DNA from: Chloroflexota bacterium
GTDB lineage: Bacteria; Chloroflexota; UBA6077; FW602-bin22; JACPRP01
Reading direction: 5' to 3'
Length of the DNA stretch: 64,000 bases
NCBI GenBank assembly: GCA_016189905.1
Contig: JACPRP010000014.1
Span: forward strand, 27,302-91,301
In this document: one piece after another, positions 46,141 through 53,898 of the stretch
Position numbering within the stretch: position 1 is the stretch's first letter
Layout of the letters: each line of letters starts with the position of its first letter
Made by a program: the position numbers and the translations under genes
Notes under the pieces: generated by a model
Told to the model about the DNA's origin: nothing
Database searches by the model: none
What the model saw: the letters and a program-made list of their open reading frames with translations, nothing else

Positions 46141-46421
46141 ATACCAAATGCTTTTTGATAGACCCTATGTTATACAGGTGGTGAGGTAGGGCGAGATCGC
46201 AGCCCTGAAGGAACCACTTCAGGCCCCGATACATTGCATTCGTTATGAGATGTATCGGGGCAGGCCGCAAACTGGCGATATCTCTTGCCCAGTCCCGATA
46301 CATTACACAACATAAAATGTATCGGGGCCAGCGGCCTGAAGCGATTGCTTTAGCGCCGCGACGTCGCTGCTGGCCAGACGCTTCCCTACAGCATAATTCA
46401 GGGTGTATCTATACACAATTC
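46141..46421. repeat. Larger member of the palindromic MITE-like family, carrying twin internal hairpins
   Basis: Ends ATACCAAATG…GATAGACCCTATGTTATAC and the inverted ATACGAATTG…GATACACCCTGAATTATGC. Two internal hairpins share a stem: CCCGATACAT…ATGTATCGGG at 46224-46260 and 46293-46326. Confidence 0.5.
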
Positions 46422-46424
46422 GTA

Positions 46425-46838
46425 TTAGATAGGTTCTTCGCCAAAATGGTAGAGCCTGACGCCCGGGACGTCTTGATAATCGCCCACATTACGGGTAACC
46501 AACGTGAGGCCGTGCTCAAGAGCGGTCGCGACGATCAACAAATCGAGCGCCCTGTGGCTGATTTGGTGCCGTTGAGCACGCAACTGATAGCGGATCTGGC
46601 CATTTCGCTTTGCTACAGCTCGGCTTATCCCAAGGACGGTGATTTCCCGAAGAAAACTTTGAAATGCAGCCTCGCCGAGAGCAGGACTCCTACTCCCGTA
46701 GATTCCCTCATAGACTTCACTAAAGGAAATGGTGCTGATGGCGACACCGTCTGGTATCAACTTCGCAAAAAGATCACCGGCCTCCGTTTGGCCGGTGAGG
46801 TAGTCGATTATCCAATCTGTATCGACCAGGTAGTTCAT
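46425..46838 (-). CDS. vapC: VapC-type PIN-domain toxin
   Basis: MNYLVDTDWIIDYL…, …ISTISFSEVYEG…, …DLLIVATALEHGLTLVTRN. ATG at 46838 overlaps the antitoxin stop (ATGA). Confidence 0.85.
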   Translation of the reverse strand: MNYLVDTDWIIDYLTGQTEAGDLFAKLIPDGVAISTISFSEVYEGIYGSRSPALGEAAFQSFLREITVLGISRAVAKRNGQIRYQLRAQRHQISHRALDLLIVATALEHGLTLVTRNVGDYQDVPGVRLYHFGEEPI

Positions 46839-47131
46839 AACTCGACTGGCGGACGCCTGGAGCCTCGAGCAGAGGCCAGATCTCGTTTGAGTGCATCGGC
46901 GTCCACGATATCTTTCCACGCCCCAAAGGCTGAACGGAAGGCTTCGCGGTCCACCTTTGTCTTCACCCGCTTCGGTCTGGACCTGGTTATATGACCGGCC
47001 GGCATCAGGATAGCCAGGTCCTCCTTGTTGCGCCTGAGCACGCGAGGAACTTGCGTCTTGCGCACTTCTTCGACTACCCGCAGCAGTTCAGGCAGATCGC
47101 CAATGTCCATCGGTTTTGGTTCTCTTCCCAT
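46835..47131 (-). CDS. VapB-type antitoxin (family not recognised)
   Basis: Small basic protein directly upstream of vapC and overlapping it. ATG at 47131 lies 5 nt after GGGAGG. Confidence 0.6.
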   Translation of the reverse strand: MGREPKPMDIGDLPELLRVVEEVRKTQVPRVLRRNKEDLAILMPAGHITRSRPKRVKTKVDREAFRSAFGAWKDIVDADALKRDLASARGSRRPPVEL

Positions 47132-47263
47132 AAAAACCTCCCACCGATTCAAGTATAGCAGACTCGAACCAGGCGATCAAACGAGAAACGCTTTACCCCT
47201 CGCCCCATCCCACCCGCTTGTCTTCCGAATCACCCATAAACTAATGGGGAAACCGGGCACACC

Positions 47264-48559
47264 TCACGACGCCGCCCCAGCCAGCTTCAGAACCCTGTCC
47301 ATACGCTGCTGCGGCCGCGTCGCCAGGAAGAACAGCGCGATGCCCATCAGCAAACACACGATAGCCACCCCAAAAGGCAGCGCGTAAAGGCCGGTGGCAT
47401 CGAACACGAAGCCGGCAAGAGCGGGCCCAATTGTTGCGCCCGATCTCCAGCCCAGGTTCAGCCCGCTCACCATCACGCCCAGCGACTTGTTCCCGAGGAT
47501 GTCGGGCAGCGTTCTCACAAAAGTTGTGTCTGAGCCTGACAGCGCGACGCCAAAGGCGAGCGCCGCGGCGTAAAGCACTGCTACGTCCTGGCTGGCCAGT
47601 ATAGTCCCCAGAGCCAGCGCCCCGACTGCCGCGCTGATAGCCAGCGTAGCTCGCGCGCCAAGACGGTCCGACAACGAGCCAAGCACCAATCGCCCAGAAA
47701 GAGCACCCAGACCGTATATGCCAAGCACTCCAGCGGCAGTCCCCATCGCGATCCCCTTGTCGGCCACCAGTGGAACCACGTGCACGACGAACATCATCTG
47801 CGCGAATGCCTGGAACATCCATATCGCCAGCAGCATCCAAAATGTTGACGTTCGGACAGCCTGCCGCAGCGTGATCGCGGGTATAGTGTGCGCCGGACCG
47901 CTTTTCGAGGTCTCGTGGGTCTTCGCCAACCCATTGGACTCTATAACGGCAGGACGTGGAGCCGAAGGGGGGTTGCGGAGGATACAGGCCGGCAGTATCG
48001 CCACAAGCCCAAGCGCCAGCGCAAAGATGACGTAAGCGCCGCGCCAGTCGAACTCTGCGATCAAAGCCACGGCGAAGATCGGCCCTAGCAGATAGCCCAA
48101 TCCATTGCCGCTGAGCACGATGCCCATCGCCATACCCCGATTCTCCTGAAACCATCTCGCCGTCGTAATGGTCGGAATCAGGTATCCTCCGGCCATGCCC
48201 ATCCCAAGAAACACGCCGAGAAATAGATAGAGGTGCCAGATGCTCTGGGTGAAAGATGTGAGAATGTAGCCGATACACGAGATAACTACCTCGAAGACCA
48301 TCACCTTCCAGGGAGCGTGCTTGTCGATCAGACGGCCGATGACCACGCCTACCGGCGCGCCAATAGCCATCGAGATGCTGAAAACGACCGCGACACTCCC
48401 ACGCGACCAACCGAAGTCCTCGGCGATGCGCGGCAAGAAAACGCCGAATCCCGCGTTGGGACTCCATAGCGCAAGCAAGATCAGGAAGTTAGCCACGACG
48501 ATTATCCAGCGAAAATGTTCCCTATCGGTTGCGAAGAACGCCCTCATTCTATCGGTCAT
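47264..48559 (-). CDS. MFS transporter
   Basis: 12 hydrophobic helices with the MFS loop motif (G.L.DR.G.R-like: GSLSDRLGAR). ATG at 48559 follows GGAAGGA. Confidence 0.85.
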   Translation of the reverse strand: MTDRMRAFFATDREHFRWIIVVANFLILLALWSPNAGFGVFLPRIAEDFGWSRGSVAVVFSISMAIGAPVGVVIGRLIDKHAPWKVMVFEVVISCIGYILTSFTQSIWHLYLFLGVFLGMGMAGGYLIPTITTARWFQENRGMAMGIVLSGNGLGYLLGPIFAVALIAEFDWRGAYVIFALALGLVAILPACILRNPPSAPRPAVIESNGLAKTHETSKSGPAHTIPAITLRQAVRTSTFWMLLAIWMFQAFAQMMFVVHVVPLVADKGIAMGTAAGVLGIYGLGALSGRLVLGSLSDRLGARATLAISAAVGALALGTILASQDVAVLYAAALAFGVALSGSDTTFVRTLPDILGNKSLGVMVSGLNLGWRSGATIGPALAGFVFDATGLYALPFGVAIVCLLMGIALFFLATRPQQRMDRVLKLAGAAS

Positions 48560-48679
48560 TGACCATTCCTTCCAGTCGAAATCGCGGGCGCGGCCACGCA
48601 CCGCTGCGCCACTTCCGACGTTTCGACGATGAGCGCAGTCTAACAGCCGTTTAACCAACCGTCAAGTGCGAACTTGTAG

Positions 48680-48707
48680 TTGACACTCGTTACATATTAT
48701 GTATAAT
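48680..48707 (+). promoter_or_regulatory. Near-consensus sigma70 promoter: TTGACA - 16 nt - TATAAT
   Basis: Read directly, about 175 nt upstream of the FtsH-like gene. Confidence 0.65.
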
Positions 48708-48883
48708 GGACGCGCCACAGTGACATCTCCTGGCAGTATTCCTCAGAGACAACGACGACGGCCTTTGATGGATTGGGAGAGCCGAGAGTGCAAGTCGGTC
48801 GCAGACAGGGCCGTATCAAGAAAACGCCTCTCTCTCGGTCTGCTGGTTGGGAAAAGCTGACCATTCTTTGATGGTCCGGGGAT

Positions 48884-50605
48884 TTGGGGAGGCTCTCCTT
48901 GCGTCAACCTCAAAAAGATCTCGACGAATCGATCGACAGGTTTCTGGACGGGTTTTTCGGCTGGTTTGGCAGAAACCTGCGCGTTCTCCTGTTTATTCTC
49001 TGCAGCGCAGCGGTCTTCTGGCTGTTCTTGTGGCCCTCCTGGGATAACTGGCTGCCTTACGTTGGCTACGGAGCGATGTTCCTTTTCCAACTGGCATTTG
49101 CGGTCCTCTTCATGATCGTTCAATTCGTCGCGCTCTTCTGGTTCCTCGCGCGAGGACGTGTCTACTGGGTTCTCCCTGGCGAAACCGGCGTCGGGTTTGC
49201 CGATTACAAGGGCAACCCAGAGGTGTTGGAGGCGGCGCGGCGCATCGTCGTGCTGCTGAGAGGCGTTCGCGAATTCAAAGAGATGGGTGGCGAGGTGATC
49301 AGAGGATTGCTCCTGGTAGGTCCTCCCGGGACCGGCAAGAGCTACCTGGCCCAGTGCATCAGCACCGAGGCCGGGGTGCCTTTCGGTTATGCCAGCGCTC
49401 CCAGCTTCCAGAATATGTTCTTTGGGATCTCCAACCTTCGCATTATGATGCTTTATGGTAAGGCCCGTGGCCTGGCGCGGAAGTATGGGGCCTGTATCCT
49501 TTTCATCGACGAAATCGACGCGATCGGCGGATCACGCTCGGCCCAGGGGCCATCCACGGGAATAGGCGGAATGCTTATGGGTGGCAATACAGGCATGCTC
49601 AATGAGCTTCTTCTACAAATGGACCCGCCACCTCAGGAGCAGGGCCGAATCCGACGGCTCTTGCGCCGTCTCGGTCTGCGGCGGGGCAAGGCCGTGATGC
49701 ACCCGGTGCTGACCATCGGTGCCACCAACATGACGGATGTTCTCGACGCGGCCCTCCTCCGCCCCGGACGCTTCGATAGAAAGATCACCGTCGATCTCCC
49801 CGACGCAGACGGCCGCAAGGAAATCCTGGAGTATTATCTGGCCAGGGTACGACACGAGGCACTACCCATGGCCAAAATGGTATCGGATACCATCGGCTAC
49901 TCGCCAGTGGCGATAAAGTACGTCATCAACGAGGCTGTGGTTCACGCCCACTTCGCCGGTCGCGGTTCCATAACCTACGACGACTTCACTCAGGCTCGCG
50001 AGGCTCACGAGTGGGGCCTCCGACAGCCCATAAAAAGCATGTCTCTCGAAGAACGGCGGCGCATCGCCTATCATGAGGCGGGGCATTGTTTCGCTCAATT
50101 GAAGCTTCTGCCCCGCGAGCGCATGGCTAAAGTTACCATCATCCGGCACGGCCAGGCGCTCGGCTTATCCGCCACCAAGCCACTAGAGGAGATGTACACG
50201 CGGAGCCGAGAGGAGCTTCTCGCGGACATTCAATGTTGCCTGGCCAGCCGGGCCGCCGAGGAGATATTCCTTGGCACCGCCCTCACCGGCGTCACACAGG
50301 ACCTCGAGCAGGCGACGCGCGCCGCCGGGGCCTGCATCGCGTGGTTTGGCATGAACGGCGAGCTCTACTCCGCCCGAGCCTTTAATGAGACCGTGCCAGA
50401 TGCTCACACCAAGAGGCAGATCAGCAAGGTGCTCCGCGAGGAATACCAGAAGGTCAAAGCTCTGGTCGAAGCAAACCGCGAAACAGTGGTGGCCATTGCC
50501 GAAGGACTATTGCAGAAGAACGAGTTGGACGAGGAAGAAATAGAGCTTATCGTGGCTGGAGTAGAGCTGGGGGTGAGTGACCGTGAAATTGTTCAGATTT
50601 CCTAG
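48884..50605 (+). CDS. Divergent FtsH-like membrane AAA+ / M41 zinc metalloprotease
   Basis: Two N-terminal TM helices separated by only a few residues. Walker A GPPGTGKS, Walker B ILFIDEIDAIG, SRH TIGATNMTDVLDAALLRPGRFDR, zinc site YHEAGHCF. TTG start is uncertain. Confidence 0.8.
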   Translation: MGRLSLRQPQKDLDESIDRFLDGFFGWFGRNLRVLLFILCSAAVFWLFLWPSWDNWLPYVGYGAMFLFQLAFAVLFMIVQFVALFWFLARGRVYWVLPGETGVGFADYKGNPEVLEAARRIVVLLRGVREFKEMGGEVIRGLLLVGPPGTGKSYLAQCISTEAGVPFGYASAPSFQNMFFGISNLRIMMLYGKARGLARKYGACILFIDEIDAIGGSRSAQGPSTGIGGMLMGGNTGMLNELLLQMDPPPQEQGRIRRLLRRLGLRRGKAVMHPVLTIGATNMTDVLDAALLRPGRFDRKITVDLPDADGRKEILEYYLARVRHEALPMAKMVSDTIGYSPVAIKYVINEAVVHAHFAGRGSITYDDFTQAREAHEWGLRQPIKSMSLEERRRIAYHEAGHCFAQLKLLPRERMAKVTIIRHGQALGLSATKPLEEMYTRSREELLADIQCCLASRAAEEIFLGTALTGVTQDLEQATRAAGACIAWFGMNGELYSARAFNETVPDAHTKRQISKVLREEYQKVKALVEANRETVVAIAEGLLQKNELDEEEIELIVAGVELGVSDREIVQIS

Positions 50606-51182
50606 GCGTGCGCTTCGCTTCGCCATAAGAACCCTCATCCTTCACCGGTGGAGCACGCTCGCTATCATCATCCTCCTGGCCGCGCTGGTTTTCACCAACG
50701 TCTGGCGTCTGAACGCCCCGGCTTACGTTGCGGACACAGGACTCGAACCCAGGGCAGCCGATATCTCTGGGGCGCGCGAGCTTTCTGTCGTCGGTCTAGG
50801 ACAAGACCGTGAAGCGGGCAGGAATATCATGGTGCTCAAAGACAGGTCCTCCGACCGCTATCTGGCCGTCTGGATTCGTCAAGCCGAGGCCTTTTCTATC
50901 GCCACACAACTCGAGACGACGCTAACCCCGCGCCCGATGACACACGACCTTCTGAAGTCGGCCATCAGCGTCCTTGGCGGGAAAGTCATCAGGATAATGG
51001 TGACCGACTTCAGTGACGATACTTACTACGCTCGGGTCGTGCTGGAGACCGCGGATTCGACCCAGATAGAGCTCGACGCTCGCCCCAGCGACGCGGTTGC
51101 CCTGGCCATGCGTGCTGGGGCACCCATCTACGCGACCGAAACCCTTCTCAATATGAAGGGCATCAAGTACGCCGAGGAATAG
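50577..51182 (+). CDS. Bifunctional nuclease (BFN/DUF151) family protein with an N-terminal transmembrane anchor
   Basis: RNIMVLKDRSSDRYLAVWIRQAEAFSIA…PRPMTHDLL…ARPSDAVALAMRAGAPIY are the canonical BFN blocks. N-terminal helix WSTLAIIILLAALVFTNVW. Overlaps the FtsH-like gene by about 25 nt. Confidence 0.75.
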   Translation: MTVKLFRFPRRALRFAIRTLILHRWSTLAIIILLAALVFTNVWRLNAPAYVADTGLEPRAADISGARELSVVGLGQDREAGRNIMVLKDRSSDRYLAVWIRQAEAFSIATQLETTLTPRPMTHDLLKSAISVLGGKVIRIMVTDFSDDTYYARVVLETADSTQIELDARPSDAVALAMRAGAPIYATETLLNMKGIKYAEE

Positions 51183-51335
51183 TTACTGTCGATCGTCTAT
51201 CTCTGGACTCTCTGCCGCCCCAAACTCATGTTGGCAGAACGGGCAGATCAGCTTCACCTGCTTAGACTTCAGCCCATAGTCGCAATAAAACCTGTCGCTG
51301 CACTTCGGGCATTTCACCCAGAAGATCTTTTCCAT
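51183..51335 (-). CDS. Unannotated 50-aa zinc-ribbon protein (not in the supplied ORF track, below its size cut-off)
   Basis: My translation: MEKIFWVKCPKCSDRFYCDYGLKSKQVKLICPFCQHEFGAAESPEIDDRQ*. Two CPxC knuckles. GGAAAGGA lies 6 nt upstream. It sits 44 nt downstream of the UbiD-family gene on the same strand. Confidence 0.5.
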   Translation of the reverse strand: MEKIFWVKCPKCSDRFYCDYGLKSKQVKLICPFCQHEFGAAESPEIDDRQ

Positions 51336-51378
51336 CCCGTATCCTTTCCATACTCACTTAGTTCGACAAGGTCCAAAG

Positions 51379-52761
51379 CTAGTTTATCCATTCCTCCAGC
51401 TTGATCCTCTCCATCGCCGCGTCAGGCACCTTTATCACCGACGGGAAAGCGATATCGTGGGGCCGAGTAGCGTCGACGATCACCTTGCTGTGTCCCATGG
51501 CCGTGATGAAAGAACACGAAACGTTCTCGATATAAGATATGTCTCGCTTGGGATTGGTCGCCGTCACGACGGCCCAGACGACATCCCGCTCGTTGAACAC
51601 GTCGACGTCGTCGTCGACTATGACAACCCATTGGAACTGCCTGGCCGAAGTCAGGACCTCCAGCGCGACCGCCTTGGCCTCACCTTCATGCCTCTTGTCG
51701 ATCGAGACGTAGCAAGAGAAGCGACCGCAGCCTGAATCCGGCAGGTGCACCGCCTTGACGTTGGGGTATTTCCTCTGGAGTGCGTTGTAGATGCTGCCCT
51801 CTTTCGGGATGCCTCCCAGGCTCCAGTGCCCTTGATGGCCTGAGAAGATATCCTGCATCTTTGCCCCGCGACGGTGCGTGACCGCGGTGACGTCGGTTAT
51901 CGGGCTCAGACACTGCGCCTGATAGTGCCGTGTCACCTCGCCAAATGGGTTCGCGATCTCGCGTACGCCGGGTGGCATTACCCCCTCGATGATCAGCTCG
52001 GCGTCGGCCGGCACCATGAACTTGTCGCCCCAGGTTTCGGAAGGCGTCAGACGGAGCGGCTCGCCCAGATATGCCCCAATAGCATCGTAATCATTTGTTC
52101 CCCATGGCGCCAGCGCCAGGGTGCCAAGATAGAAACCCGGATGATGGCCCAGGACGTTGATTATCGGCACCGGCTCGCCGCGCTTCTCATACTTGGCGAA
52201 GATGCGATCGATGTGCGGGGAATGTCTTACCGTCCCCAGCTTGCGCGGGCCTTTATACACCGATTTTACGAATGAAACGTCGTAGAACCCTTCATCAGGG
52301 TCCCGCATCACAACGGCCATTGTGATATAAGGGCCGAGGTCCATTTCGTAGTGACGGACCATGGGCAGTTTCCGCAAGTCAACCTGATCGTCCACCTCGA
52401 CGATCTCCTTAACGGGAGCATCGCTTTTGGCGATATTCTCGGCCGTCATTCGTAGCTTCTCTCGCCGCGCGAACTCTATCGAGAGGGGCATCTTACTCTG
52501 GTCGCGCGGCAGGTCTAGAATGGTGGCGCAACGCTCTCGCGTTCCGAACACGTTCGAGACGAGCGAGTACTCGGACTCCTCACCGAGCAGGTTCTTGGCC
52601 GACTTGAAATGCACGAGAGGGAAGCGATTGGCTTTGTCGAGATGCTCCAGGATAGCCGTCGCATCGTAGTTATCAGGGTTGATTGTTCGCTTGATCTCGA
52701 GTACGTCGTCCGGAAATAGCTCTTTCAGTTGACTGATGAAGTCGCCGAGATTCTTGGCCAT
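51379..52761 (-). CDS. UbiD-family decarboxylase, divergent paralog 2
   Basis: Overall UbiD architecture (…DLGPYITMAVV…, …VPADAELIIEG…). The usual EGPFGE.TGY block reads ANPFGEVTRHY. ATG follows GAGGAGG. Confidence 0.8.
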   Translation of the reverse strand: MAKNLGDFISQLKELFPDDVLEIKRTINPDNYDATAILEHLDKANRFPLVHFKSAKNLLGEESEYSLVSNVFGTRERCATILDLPRDQSKMPLSIEFARREKLRMTAENIAKSDAPVKEIVEVDDQVDLRKLPMVRHYEMDLGPYITMAVVMRDPDEGFYDVSFVKSVYKGPRKLGTVRHSPHIDRIFAKYEKRGEPVPIINVLGHHPGFYLGTLALAPWGTNDYDAIGAYLGEPLRLTPSETWGDKFMVPADAELIIEGVMPPGVREIANPFGEVTRHYQAQCLSPITDVTAVTHRRGAKMQDIFSGHQGHWSLGGIPKEGSIYNALQRKYPNVKAVHLPDSGCGRFSCYVSIDKRHEGEAKAVALEVLTSARQFQWVVIVDDDVDVFNERDVVWAVVTATNPKRDISYIENVSCSFITAMGHSKVIVDATRPHDIAFPSVIKVPDAAMERIKLEEWIN

Positions 52762-52826
52762 TTAAGGCTTCGGTTACCTCCTCGAACAAAATTTGCCCCG
52801 TGGGGGACAACTCGGTGCCATATGCG

Positions 52827-52862
52827 GATAGGGCGGCAAAGGGTAATCCCCGCCGCCCTATC
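52827..52862 (-). promoter_or_regulatory. Intercistronic perfect 11-bp-stem hairpin (GATAGGGCGGC…GCCGCCCTATC) flanked by CCCCCACGG repeats
   Basis: Seen directly in the 153-nt gap between the FAD subunit gene and the UbiD-family gene. Confidence 0.4.
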
Positions 52863-52914
52863 GCTCTTAAGAAAAGCCGTGGGGGAGCACCAGACGCTCT
52901 CGCCCACGAAAAAC

Positions 52915-53898
52915 CTATGCCAGACCTGCCACTTTGGTAAGGGCATCTTTCACCAGCACCCTGACCAGCCGCTTTCGATAAGCCGGCGAAACCTCCATGT
53001 CGGACACCGGCTTCGCCTGCTTGAAGGCCGCCTCGGCCGCCTCGGCTATCGTCTCCTGGCTGACCTTTTTGCCCAACAGCGCGTTCTCGCTATCCTTGGC
53101 CACGAATGGGGCGGAGCCAACCCCCGTGACGGCGATGGCTGCTTTGCTGCATACCCCGTTCTCCTCACCCAGAGCGGCGGCAACTCCGACGATCGGGAAA
53201 TCGATGGCCTCGCGCCGGCGGAACTTCAAGTAGGTGCTCCGCTGTCCGTTGGCCGCTACGGGTACGATCACCTCGGCGATCAGCTCGCCGGGGTTCAATA
53301 TCGTCGGTTTCTTTCCGTCGTCGACGAACAATTCCTCCAGGCCAATGGTACGCTCTCCACTCGCGCTGACCAACCGCACCCTCGCGCCGAGCGCTAGCAA
53401 TGCGGGCGCCGTGTCGCCGCTGTACAGGGCATAGCAGCGCTTGCTGGCTTTGGCCATGTAGCAGATCGAGCCTCCTGCTTTGAGGCAGGCCTCGCGTCCC
53501 TGTCTCCAGGTGTACGTCTGATTGTAATACCAGCAGCGGGTCTCCAGGCAGATGTTGCCGCCAATCGTTCCCATATTCTGCAACTGCGTCGCGCCAACCG
53601 CGGCCGCGGCCTCCGCCAGGGCCGGCGCCTGCTCACGAACCGCCGCGGACTTCTGCACGTCCGATAGTGCCACCAGAGCGCCTATGCGTAGTTCAGCTCC
53701 GTCGCTCTTGATCTCGGCAATTCCGTCGATGCGCTTGATGTCGACGACAAACTGCGGCTCGACGAGTCTTTGCTTCATGCGCACCAGAATGTCGGTGCCC
53801 CCTGCGATGATCCTGGCCTTGTCTCCGTGCTCGGCGAGAATGGCGCACGCCTCGACAAGGCTCTTGGGTTCCAGATGCTCAAACTTGGTAAGTCTCAT
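52915..53898 (-). CDS. Xanthine-dehydrogenase-family Mo-hydroxylase 1, FAD-binding medium subunit (CoxM/XdhB-like)
   Basis: FEHLEPKSL.EA…IIAGGTDILVRMK and …TIGGNIC…. Its start overlaps the stop of the large subunit gene. Confidence 0.85.
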   Translation of the reverse strand: MRLTKFEHLEPKSLVEACAILAEHGDKARIIAGGTDILVRMKQRLVEPQFVVDIKRIDGIAEIKSDGAELRIGALVALSDVQKSAAVREQAPALAEAAAAVGATQLQNMGTIGGNICLETRCWYYNQTYTWRQGREACLKAGGSICYMAKASKRCYALYSGDTAPALLALGARVRLVSASGERTIGLEELFVDDGKKPTILNPGELIAEVIVPVAANGQRSTYLKFRRREAIDFPIVGVAAALGEENGVCSKAAIAVTGVGSAPFVAKDSENALLGKKVSQETIAEAAEAAFKQAKPVSDMEVSPAYRKRLVRVLVKDALTKVAGLA

